A stretch of DNA of 64,000 nucleotides, taken from the NCBI GenBank assembly GCA_011109175.1, contig RDEW01000058.1:68033-132032 (forward strand), written 5' to 3'. The stretch comes from Dicyema japonicum. Lineage: Eukaryota; Animalia; Dicyemida. Under the pieces are notes generated by a model. The model was given only the letters and a program-made list of their open reading frames with translations, was not told where the DNA came from and ran no database searches. This document shows, piece after piece, positions 12,401 through 23,501 of the stretch; position 1 is the stretch's first letter; each line of letters starts with the position of its first letter. Both the position numbers and the translations under genes were made by a program.

Positions 12401-14888
12401 TTTTTTACGCGCTAAATTAAATTTTAAAATTAGATTTTTCTAAACATTGATGACGTGGACAACGACCGTGAAGAGACCAATCTGGACTCTTTGAGGTCTT
12501 TCCAGAAGGTTCTACTCATCAAAATGTACCGCAGTGATCAGGTTGCCCTGTACCATAATATTAGCTCATTTATGCAATTTCCAATTTTATTAAGGAGAAC
12601 CTCGGCTCAAAATATATTGAGACAAAATCCATGGACATAAAAACCTTATTCCAAGACACATCCAAACGACTCCCCTACTGTTCGTCCTCAGCACGGGATC
12701 AGATCCAATGGTCGCCTTCAGAAGTTCACCGTGGAAAAGGAAATGCAAACCAGGTTTTGTCAGTAATCATTGAAGATGTCAATTTTTGTCCCTCGGCCAA
12801 GGACAAGGCCCGATTGCCGAGAAAAGCATAGAAGCAGCGACCAAGAGCGGAAATTGGATATTTCTGCAGGTAAGGGAAGTCTCATTTCAGAATTGTCACC
12901 TTGCCAAGTCTTGGATGACGTCGCTCGAATGTATAATTCAGAATATCCAGGAAAACCCTAAGCACGTGGATGACTCGTTCAGACTGTTCCTTTCGTCGAT
13001 GCCCGCATCCTTCTTTCCCGTGTCTGTGCTGCAAAACTCCGTCAAAATAACAAACGAGCCTCCAAAAGGCATACGAGGCAACCTGCAGCGGTCCTTCAAT
13101 GATTTCTCGGCCTCCTTCTTTGAAGAGCATGGTTTTGAATATTTGATTACATAGAACTTGGACAAAAATGGAGGAGGTTAATCTACAGTCTGAGCTTCTT
13201 CCACTCAATCATTCTTGAACGAAAGAGATTCGGCCCACTTGGCTGGAATATTATGGTATTTTAAAATTTAATTATTATTATTTTTTAATTAAATTTTTTA
13301 ATTATATAATTTTTAATATATTTTATTAAATAGTACGAATTTAATGATTCTGACCGGGAATGCTGTCTTTTGAACACGAATCTGTTCTGCAAGGACAACA
13401 ACATTCCGTGGGATTGCCTTAATTATATTAACGGAGAGGTCATTCCCTTTCATTCTTTTAGATTACATATGGAGGAAGGGTTACTGATGCGTGGGATCTT
13501 CGGTGTCTTAAAGTAATCCTAGACAGGTTCTTGAACGAAAATATAGTTGAGGATAACTACCTCTTCTCCAATTCTGGTATGAATGTCCCCAAACTGTACA
13601 TTTCAGGTATTTACGACCAACCAAACGGCGGTCTCGAGGAATACAAGAGGTTCATTAATTCTCTGCCTCTGAACGACCAGCCTGAAATCTTTGGAATGCA
13701 CGAAAACGCCGATATATCATTCCAGGTGAGTCCCTCTATTGTTAGCTCCATTAGCTGCAAGAATCCAACTATTTGGTCCAAACCGCGAAAAGCATTAAAC
13801 CCCACGTGGCCGTCAAGGGGTCCAGTCGAACCAGCGACGACATCGTTGATGAGCTGATAAATTCGATCAAACAGCAGTTATTCGAAAAACTTAGTTTGGA
13901 GGAAATCAAGAAGGAAATATTCGCTGTAGTGAATCTGATTATTGGTAGAAAAATGATAAAGGCAGAATGAATTCTCTGGCGATCTTCCTGATTCAAGAAA
14001 TCGACAAATTTAATCGCCTCCTTGCGACTATTTGGGTTATGGTGGATCTAATAGTTAGAAATCCCTAAACGACCTTCAGAGGGCGATTAAGGGATTGGAA
14101 GTGATGAGTGAGTCTCTGGAGACCTGCTATACCTATTTGCTCAATAATCAGGTTTCTCCGACTCTGTGACATTAGGTCCCCAAGTTTGGGAGAAGGTGGC
14201 TTATCCTTCTTTGAAGCCACTTTCATCGTGGATTGTGGACTTGAGAATGAGATGCGAGTTTTTTGACTTTTGGATTAAAAGAGGGAATCCACGGTCGTTT
14301 TGGATTCCTGGATTTTTCTTTCCCCAAGGTTCTATCCCGTTTTATTGGAGGATTCCTTACCGGAATACTACAGAACTATGCTAGAAATATGAACTTCCAA
14401 TCGACACCCTGTCATTCGATTTTTATCCCTTGGCTAGTTATATCGATCAAAGTCATCTCGGCATGGAAGTCAAAAGGCTCAAATTCGGAGAGACCCTGTC
14501 CATCGAAAATGAGGTTGAATTGGAGTTTTAATGAGTCCTTAGATTGAGGAGTTCGAAGACGGTGTTGTCATTCATGGACTCTATACTGAGGGTTTCAGAT
14601 GGGATTCGTCCGGAAAGATGGCTGAAATGAATTATAGGGAAATGTCTTCTGTAATGCCAGCAATCCACGTTCTGCCAAAACAAAACCTTGTTCAGACCGG
14701 TCAGATTATATAGCTCCGCTTTATAAAACGACACAGAGATCTGGAGTTTTGTCAACTACTGTTTAAATTATTATAATGCATTAGGCCATTCGACTAATTT
14801 TATTGTTGGAGTGAACCTGAAGACTGATTTTGATTATAGTCACTGGATTCAGAGAGGAGCTGCCCTTTTTTGCCAATTAGCTGATTAA
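443..14888 (+). CDS. DNAH6: Axonemal inner-arm dynein heavy chain 6 (full length, about 70-75 introns)
   Basis: Spliced translation follows human DNAH6 throughout: N-term MTF... and KLEPLP, AAA1 [20 protein letters not shown] and [18 protein letters not shown]2 [11 protein letters not shown]3 GKTGVGK and [14 protein letters not shown], stalk, [23 protein letters not shown], and end GHSTNF...[12 protein letters not shown]. Several 1-2 nt indels break the frame. The start relies on a 31-nt intron (447-477) and is less certain. Confidence 0.97.
9503..9595. ncRNA. Candidate structured RNA or small insertion inside a 196-nt DNAH6 intron (9475-9670)
   Basis: GC-richer core with a short hairpin (TCCCTT/AAGGGA) and a long bulged hairpin (9526-9590), flanked by CCAGTC direct repeats (9503-9508, 9590-9595). 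No known family recognised. Confidence 0.35.
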
Positions 14889-14949
14889 TAATTGTATTAA
14901 CGATGGCTATTAACAATAAAAAATAATAATCAGTTTATTACGTTGAAAT

Positions 14950-15200
14950 GCAAATTAATCAGCTGAAGTAATGTGTGGCTGTTATCCCTGACAACTGCCG
15001 AGAAATCCTTTGTAGCAGCCACTCGCTTTCGTTATCAAAAACCCGAGTCATCTTGGAAAAGCGACCGTCTTGGGCCCAATGACTCCGCTCGTCTTGGAGA
15101 ACACTGGGTGTACATATAATCTTGTTGAGAGTCTCATATTTTCTTATATGAAACTCTCGAAAGTTCGAGCAGCCCCAGCTTTCAACATGGAACTACCAAA
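14950..15200 (-). mobile_element. CRE-like REL retrotransposon, degenerate 3' fragment
   Basis: Minus-strand remnants ...TSGVIGPKT...EWLLQRIS.AVVRDN match the C-terminal REL motif of the better-preserved copies in this window. Confidence 0.6.
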
Positions 15201-15477
15201 TCATCATAAAATGATTATTAATTTAATATTCTTAGAGAAGCTATATGATTACTCTAATCATTATTTACAATGACAGAGTTTTCCAATGTTTTTTCAGTCA
15301 CTGAAAAAACAATGAAGCGTCGGAAATGATGTATCGACTGTTCCCTTCGTCGTGGAAAAATATGGAGCCCCCAGACGCTTTTTAAATAGGGTATTCATGA
15401 TGATGTACTGTATTAATTTCATGTTGAAAAAAAATATTAATTAATTTTAACGAAACAACGAGTCACAAAGTAATTAA

Positions 15478-15852
15478 TTAATTAGCTAATCTCCTCTTCT
15501 TGGGGCCAACGTCAATTGTCAGTATAGGTGTGTTTTCGTTGTCGCACAATCCACATTCCGAGACTCCCCTAGGTCGACATTCCTTATCAGCTTCCTCCTC
15601 ATCAGGTATCGATACTCCATGTCTATCTTCAGCTTGCATACTCTCCAATGTCTTTCTCATACTAACGTTTGGATGTACGCTTTCACCCTTTCCTCCAGTT
15701 TGAGGGCATCCAGATGGCCCTTGAAGAATCTCGAAACAATCCCATCCCAGGTAATGACTACAGGGATTATTTTACCTTTGCGCGATGAATACATCCGAGT
15801 TCGTTCGCCAGTAAGTCATACTTATGGAACTTTTCCACCTCGACTTGCTTGA
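15478..15852 (-). mobile_element. R4/Dong-like REL retrotransposon, 3' fragment
   Basis: LKQVEVEKFHKYDLLANELGCIHRAKVKIIPVVITWDGIVSRFFKGHL...KAYIQTLV.RKTLES; same family as 32960-33480. Confidence 0.8.
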
Positions 15853-16110
15853 GGCAGTTTTGTTGATAGATCCGATTACGTCAATCCAGTTTCCTCGTTT
15901 AATGCTAATTCATTTTTACAGAATATTAATCATTGATGTTTAATAAAACTTTCATAAATTGAGAAACCTCCAAATACAGAAAACTGTCATCAATTGACAA
16001 AAATCCTTTTTTCGATTCACAGCAATTATCATCGATTGAATCGAATACATCAAAATCTAAAAAATAAGAAACAAGAATTAGCAAATGTCTAAACTAATCC
16101 AAAATTAAAA

Positions 16111-18902
16111 TTATAGCATAGAATTAGTATGCGGAAATAGCTCCGGGTCAAAGTCCTCGTCCCCATCAAGTCTTCTCTTTATTTTATCTTGAATATGGGC
16201 ATTGAAGCTATTCATAAGCGATTCATCATTCTCAATAAACGAAGAAAGATTAGAAAGGGGTACAGTAGGTTCCGTCATTGCATTTGAAGAGCGGAAGAGA
16301 TTATGGAAGTCAAATCCCAGCAGTCGAGACTCCACTCCTTGCCCTTTCCTCCTCAATCATCTACAAAAAAGTACATAACGCAACCTTCCTCCTTTTTGCC
16401 GGCATTCCGTTTATGTTAAGCATCACTAAAGGGCCCCCTTACGTACGTCGTCCTCGCCTGCACACTTTCATCTTGTGCTATAACTCTTACCCAATCCTGT
16501 TCATTCTACATCCAAAACAGAACTTACAGCAGGAATATCCCTCATCCATTCCTCAACCGGCTGAGTAGATAACTCAGGATTAGTCGTAGCATCCACGTGG
16601 TCCACATTCTCAGATCTCTCGTTATTCTAAAATAAAAAATATTTAGACTTGAAAAAATTGCTGCAAAAAACGTGTTTTCGTCGGGAACTGTGATTATGGA
16701 CTGCGAGTGGGAGTCCGACTGGTCATCCATCAGAATACCCCGTGTTTGTGTCCTGGTTATAATACGCTGAAATTAGTCTTTAATAGTCAAATATAACTAA
16801 CACTGCGGGGAAATTCAGACTCACTGTCCTGTTGTACCAGCATAGACGAGGTAGAGGGGCAGTGGGCACATCCGTCACTGTCATATCGGTGAGGGAGCAG
16901 AAGTCAAAAATAATGCGAAAAATAAACCTCCTCGATCAGATTTTCGATCTCACAACAGTAGGAATGACAGTTTAAGAAGGGGTCGATTCGAACATGAATT
17001 GTCCGTGGATTCGCGGAGGTGGATTGTCGTAAAGGATTATTCCGCATAGAAAATCTACGAGAAGTTCGTTCGGAGGGCTGTTCAGTATTTGTGTCGGATT
17101 GAAGATTCACGGGAGAAAAGGTTAGACGGTCGAGCGGGATTTCCCCCATAAATCTAGTTCGCGTCTGTCGTCTTGGGGGAAGGTGCGTATTTGTAGACTG
17201 TTCAGTGCCTATGATAATTAGCGAGTCATAAACTGGTGGAAACTGAGCGAGAAGGTGGGGGAACAACGATTGGGGCAATCATGGCGCTAAATAGAGTATC
17301 CACGTTCACTAAAAGTATTAATATTTAATTACAGTGAGTGGACCTGAGATCCTGACTACTAGGAGGCACACTTGAAGAGGAATCGTCAGGTTGGGAGGTA
17401 ATCTAGCAAAAATATGAAAATAACAGAACTGTGTCATTTAGAATAGAATTTGCCAAATCCGAGGCTGGAGCGTCCCGTGGGCTGGCAAAGACGAATGAAG
17501 ATGCGCCAGCACTGCGTCTAGACATGCGGGAGATCTAAGAGTGAAAACAAAATCTACATTTCTCCTGATTCTATCAGGCCAAACTCGCCTTTCCTCCTCA
17601 TCGTGAATATTAGAGGCAGTCGTTAGCCGATATTCAGAGTCAGTTTCAGTAACAGTGGTGATTTCGCTCAGTCCGTGATAGATGTGGGAGATGTAGTGTG
17701 TGAACCGGTTCCTGCGAGTCTCATACCTGCTTAAGGTCTCACTGTCGGGTCTCTACAGTAAAATAGGCAAATAGTAGAGGTATATAGGCATAAAGGAGAA
17801 TTTTAGGGATAAAAATGGTGGAAAGACTTACAGAAGTATTGAGGTTGTCATAGAAACGGTCATTTATTTCGTTAAACCGTTGCTGTAGGCTTATGGTGGA
17901 CGAGTAGACTTCACTAATAAAGGAAGTTTGAGTTTGCCTTGAAATGAAAGCAAATAAAACCTAATTGTGGAACTAAGGCCAGCAGAAATGGAGACAAGGA
18001 AATTGAAGGAAGGAGAATCCTGAAATTGGGACGAGAGTTGAGGAGGTTGTTCTCCTCTGTGCATCATTATCCTCTGTTCTTCAGTAAAATAGTCATAATC
18101 GGAGAAATTATCCTCATTATTAAGCTACAACGTTAATCACGTGGGTCAACCTCCAGAGACAACAAAATACGACCTGCACACTCAAGGAACTTTTTGAGCA
18201 GAAAGACCCGGTAGTTCAGTTCAAAGATCCCATTGTTCGGTGGGATGTGGATCTCAATGTCTAGGGTCCTCGAGTTTTCCTGAGGTTAACAAAGAAGGAA
18301 ACCAGAGAACGCGTGTGAATGTAGCCGGACTGACCCATATCGTTCATCGACTGCTCAATGGCGAGCTAACAATGAATTATTCCACAACATGAGTGTTTGT
18401 GGCAAAGGCACTAGTCGAGTTGAACCTCTGTTGAGGATTGAGGACTCGCATCCTCGAGAGGCGTTGTCGAATCGGCCTTTCCGGTACTGATTGGGGCGGG
18501 GCGGAGTCAGCAGTCTCCGTTCTTGGCACGTGGTTGACTAAGTGGATGGTTTTGCCGTCCAAATCTAATAAATTAAAATTTTACGTTGATTTATTAATTA
18601 AAATTAAATATTTAAAATATTGGTTGATAGCATGGTGAGGTCATGAAATTTAGTAAACGAACCTAGTGAGCTCAGAATTTGGGCATTTTGTAAGACTCGT
18701 CCCATATAAATGAATCGTTGGTGGTTAGGTACAATGTCCTGTGAAATGTAATCATATTATGTAATACCACTGTTTGGGAAATTATTCCTTTTAATTCCTC
18801 TATAGAAATCTATGTTGGTTATATTGGAAGGTTTAATACAGATTCGTCAACGGTGAAAGGATAATCACCCCCGCTTAGTGTCTTAATTCTCAAATTGATC
18901 AT
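16111..18902 (-). CDS. BAG6: Large proline-rich protein BAG6 (N-terminal UBL, C-terminal BAG-similar domain)
   Basis: MINLRIKTLSGGDYPFTV...QRFIYMGRVLQ...LDGKTIHLVNHVP matches the BAG6 UBL; the C-terminus IQDKIKRRLDGDEDFDPELFPHT matches the BAGS domain. Tiny introns plus a 98-nt AT-rich intron (18565-18662). Middle exons not fully resolved. Confidence 0.85.
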
Positions 18903-19149
18903 CCACAACAACCAATTACTTAACTTTTAAACGAATATATCTGCAGTTTTAGGTTGTCCATTAATTAATCAATAATTTGATTAAAATTTAAATAATAATT
19001 TAATTAATTACTTTTCATGAATGTTAATCTGTATTTCTAGTTTTTTTGGTTGGTTAAGAGGTGATGCTTTTCTATATCTTTATTGTACTCTCACCCTGTT
19101 TATTCTATCTGTGTGGATGGCCTCTCTCCCTTTAATTTTGTAATGACAT

Positions 19150-19408
19150 CGACTCACCCAGGCTCGGAAATGGCTGAGACCTTAAAGAAAAGAAATACGA
19201 ATGTCTAGGTGGACACTTCATTTTTGAACCAGTCACCGTGGAAACATCTGGACTCATACGAAACAGGTAACTATTCTTGCTGAACCGTATCGGATCGCTT
19301 ATCGCAATGAGGAAAATTGACGGAAGGACCTGGCTTACTGAGCGCATTACCTTACAAATCGTCAGGGGAAATACGTTTATAATTCTGAGATCGACCGGCC
19401 TTGATTGA
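19150..19408 (+). mobile_element. CRE-like REL retrotransposon, 3' fragment
   Basis: KEKKYECLGGHFIFEPVTVETSG...WLTERITLQIVRGN C-terminal REL motif. Confidence 0.7.
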
Positions 19409-19473
19409 AAGGAATTTATAGTAGTTGTTAATTTTGTCAGCCTACGGCAGATAATTTACTATACCTTATAGAT

Positions 19474-19739
19474 CAGCCATGTCAAACGCGCGGCTCGCAC
19501 AAAGGATTGTTATACAGTCGAGGACATTGGGGCGGAAAAGTTTCATTAAAATGAAAACACCAAAGAAAAGCAGTGGATTTCTGTCAATGGTGTCAAATTG
19601 ATAGTCCGCGGTTATGAGCTTAAGAAGACTTTCATTACTAACGGGCTATTGGAAATGTAGTCAGATTTGTTAGTGTGACCGCTTGTATGTTCAAATTATC
19701 TTATGCAGCCACTCGAGTTTTTTGAGTTTGACATGCCTG
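19474..19739. mobile_element. hAT (Charlie-type) MITE
   Basis: 14-bp TIRs CAGCCATGTCAAAC / GTTTGACATGCCTG; 8-bp TSD-like flanks TTATAGAT and TTCTAGAC (6 of 8 match, NTCTAGAN type). A degenerate copy of the right end follows at ~19775-19835. Confidence 0.8.
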
Positions 19740-20485
19740 TTCTAGACTACCAGACGATGGGACACCTCTTATGTTTTTCAGATTTGTTAGTGTTGTTCGC
19801 TTCCATACTCAAATTAGCCTGGAGATTTTTGAGTTTGAGGTGAAGGTTATAGATCATATGGGGATATTCTAAAAGTGAGAATTATGATTTCACACCCAAT
19901 TTTAAATGAAAGTGGATTATTCAAGACTTGTTCAGCTTTTAATCGATATAAGGTTTTTTACAGTCACAGTAAAAAATGAAATTGCCAGATCAGTTGACTA
20001 CGTGGTTAATTGGTAAAGATGGGGCTTGGGACTTATTTTAGTGACTATTGCATTGCTTTAACAATCAATGTCTTCATTTCGTTAAATTGGTTATGACCTT
20101 TCGTCCTCTTCTCGATAGACTCAAAATATATCTAATAAGCGAATTTCGGTACAAATGTCACAGGAACTCTCTGTTTCGGGGAGCTACGTGAGAACTAGAG
20201 AAAAAGAATTTTCCAATAACAAGAACACTGCATCGAATGCATCGCCAGTGAATCAACAGCGTTTCTAAAGTGTCTTCTTTTATTTTTGCAGAGGAATTCT
20301 ATTGGAGTGAACTTTTTTATTGCCCATCTGATTTCCTCCACATGACTCACCCTCTTTCTGAATAGGTTAACTGATGTTTATAAAATATGTTTAATATATC
20401 ATTTACACATTAATATTAATATTTAATTTATTTAAATTTTAAAATTTAAACGTTAACATTGATTGGTGTTGTGGTTGTCAATTAA

Positions 20486-20716
20486 ATGATTATTCCTGTT
20501 CGTTGTTTTTCTTGTGGAAAGCTGATTGGGAACAGTTGGGTTCAATATATAACTTTACTACATGCAGGATACAGTGAAGGGTATTTAATAATATGATAAT
20601 TCAGTGATGCATTGGATATTCTTCTTTTAAAGAGATACTGCTGTAGGCGAATGCTACTATCACACGTTGTTGATCTCATAGAAAAACTATTAAATTACCC
20701 GCCAACTCAGAGCTGA
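20486..20716 (+). CDS. POLR2L: RNA polymerase I/II/III shared subunit RPB10 (RPABC5), copy 1
   Basis: [15 protein letters not shown]...EG|[31 protein letters not shown]; one 24-nt intron at 20581-20604. Confidence 0.96.
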
Positions 20717-21362
20717 TTGACTTTGTATTTTATTATTGTACTTTTCATTGATTTTCTTGTAAATAGTCTCAAAGATGTCTTGATTTTTATTAGATCTTAG
20801 GTTTTTTTGAATATTTAAGCTTATAGGTAGTCTATCTATAAGCTTCAGTGCATTTAAGAGGAGACTTGAAGACATTGGTAACTGGCATGAAATCAACCTT
20901 TCTCGATTGTCTATCTTATCACGTGTTCGATTCACAACTCAGTTTAGTGAAGGTCTGGCGATTTATCTTAAAAATCTGATAGCTGTATTTAGTTCTGAGC
21001 TGTCGCTGGCGAGCGTAGATATTGAAGAAATAAAAGTTGCTGACCTTCACAGAGTTACTTCCCTGTGGAAAGTTCTGGAGTTTCTAAACTCGTTCTTTAA
21101 TTTTTCAAAAAGACTCTGAAATCTAATTTTAGTCTCCTCATAAGATTTTCGCGTTCGCTGTTGCCCATGCGAGTTGATATCCCAAGCGATCCAAGGGGTT
21201 GGTGTGCGGTCCTCTAACTTTAATTCTTTTTCTTAAAAAATATTTGATTAAAGTATTGTTGATTAAATTTTAAAATTTAATTAATTTTATAAATTATTTA
21301 AAATTTGATTCTTGCACAATTTGTCTGCTTGTGTAGATTACAATGTCTGTAATTTAGATTGA

Positions 21363-21584
21363 ATGGTTGTTCCTCTTCGTTGCTTCACTTGTGGGAACGT
21401 GATTGGGGATAAATTTCTTCAGTATAAAATGCTATTGTACGCTGGACGCACCAAAGCGTAATTCTAACATAACTTTTATAGTGAGGTGTTGGATATTCTT
21501 CTACTAAAGAGATATTGCTGCAGACGCATTCTATTGAGTTATACGGATCTTACTGACAAGTTACTCAGTTATAGTCCCGATTAA
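21363..21584 (+). CDS. Divergent RPB10 paralogue, copy 2
   Basis: [32 protein letters not shown]|[33 protein letters not shown]; intact frame, 24-nt intron (21458-21481) at the same position as in copy 1. Confidence 0.9.
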
Positions 21585-21849
21585 TTTTCTTCATTTCAGA
21601 CTTTATATTTTTTGTAAACGTTTCTCTTTTGTATTTCAACTACTGACCGCTCATTTGTCCTGTAAAGTAGATGTATTGTTCGAGGGCTCTCATTGGTCCA
21701 ATCTGTTTCCATATTGAAAACGAGCAGGTTAATATAGGTGGTGGTATAAATCAAGCAAATTATTCTAAATATTTAACCGGCAGTTTAATGGTGTTGGTAT
21801 TAATTAAATAAATTCGTCAGTGTGTATGGATGATGATTATAAGAGTTCA

Positions 21850-22250
21850 ACAGTTGCGTTAGTCTGATCTACAGTGTTGCCTCTAACGATAGCTATCGTT
21901 ACTAACTAGAGGACCCACTGGGTTTCGTGGTCTTGTCTTCTGAGGTGGCCAGTTGTCCTAGGTTTTGAGGAAGGACAAAGACTTCCTGCTTATCCTTCTC
22001 ATTAGCCTTTCATGAAATTTGAGGAAATGCTATTCCTAATTGTTTATCGATAAATTAGCCTAATGTTTGCTAGATGACCTTAAAAAGTAAGAACTGATGA
22101 TTTCTAGTCTCTCAGAATCCTACGCAACGAGTGCCGGTCGGGAAACCTTGTAACTTCTCTTAGCTTATTCCGCTTTTTCTGCAGCGGATAGTGCATGTGC
22201 CTGATGATGTTAGTGGGAAATGAAAAGTCGACACGTGGATTCATCGTTTA
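21850..22250 (-). mobile_element. CRE-like REL retrotransposon, highly degenerate 3' fragment
   Basis: Minus-strand remnants STCVDFSF..., SLSFLKTLGQLA..., IAIVRGN. Confidence 0.45.
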
Positions 22251-23501
22251 ATTCTTTTTAAAAAAATCAAATTATAAACTTTTCAGAATTCTAATTCGAG
22301 TTTAGCCTGCTGTTATAAGCGACACTTGGTCTGTGGTAGTATGCTTGTCGCTATTTGTCCCAGGGAGTGAATCGTATCAACAAAGTCCATGTCCGATAAA
22401 TCCCAGGTTAATTTTACTGATATAATTTTACTGATTTTATAAAAAAAATTTCCTAGGAGATCATACATTTTTGCTAGATTTTGGCGATCTTGAAATTGAA
22501 GAATCTGTCCACAAATGGTCTTGTTGGCCTTTAACTTTTCCCAATTTTGGGGGTAACTCGCCAGCGAGAGTCATGGGGACCACCTGCCGATGAAAAAGGT
22601 TGAGATTCTATTTCATACATTCATTAAATTTTAAGCATCAAAAAAACTTGGAGAGTCTGCCCAACGATGACTACTGATCGAGCCCTCTTAGGCAATAGCT
22701 GTGTAAGAAGGTATGAATGGGAATTGACGAAGCTAATTAGAATCGGAATGGAAGACACGTGAGGCGATAACGGAGTGATTGGCTGCATTTCTGATCTTTG
22801 TGATATAATTTAAATTATCATTATAATGACTGTCAGAATGTTGAGATCGCTTGTGTGAGTCCACTAAGATAGAACATGGATTATTGTTCTCGTTTTGATT
22901 GAAAACGTCAATCATATCCATTTCCGAGCTTTATTTATGAAAGACTATAATTTCCACTTCAAAGCCACTTGAAGGTATAAAGGGTATGCTAAGCATGCTG
23001 TCGAATGTTCGTACAAAAAGCATCATTTTGAAGAGGAAATCAGTTAAATAAAGAAAATCGTAAGGACACTATAATTCCTCCTTACGAAGGTTGCCAAAAT
23101 TGTAGGTGTTTAGAGAATTGACTGCGCTATAATTCCTTCACGTACATCTACGGGCCCTTGAAGCCAACAAATACTGAGACGCAGACCTCCTGACTCAGTG
23201 CTTCAGAATCGCTGCTCCCAAGGACATCAGAGTGGATTCAACTCAATACAGTGTGGATATACCTCCAGTGCATTCACGAACATCGAGGAAACCCCCCTGT
23301 AGACGTCCCCGCTGCAATTCAGGAGGACCTGGATGAGAAGCATATGACTGACAGTATCCTCCGTGCTACTTCACAAGCGACGGGAAGATCATTACTCTCT
23401 TTAGCTGCGCACGTGCACTAAATGATGATTGTAGAAATTTGCTCAAATGTGCTAGACTCTTAGGAATGCGATTATTTGAAAATACTCAAAAAATGTTTCG
23501 T

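Noticed and set aside
542-14755. Minus-strand ORFs in the ORF track over DNAH6
   Set aside because: Antisense shadows of the dynein coding strand with no recognisable domains.
443-14888. Stop-codon reassignment or programmed frameshifting to explain fragmented ORFs
   Set aside because: Most stops fall inside removable GT-AG or GC-AG introns, genes end in normal TAA/TGA/TAG, and the remaining breaks are irregular indels with no shared slippery motif.
19440-19448. 5S rRNA start GCCTACGGC
   Set aside because: Only 9 nt match; the downstream sequence is unrelated.
21140-21230. Third RPB10 remnant (RVRCCPC)
   Set aside because: No further similarity, start codon or CCRR motif.
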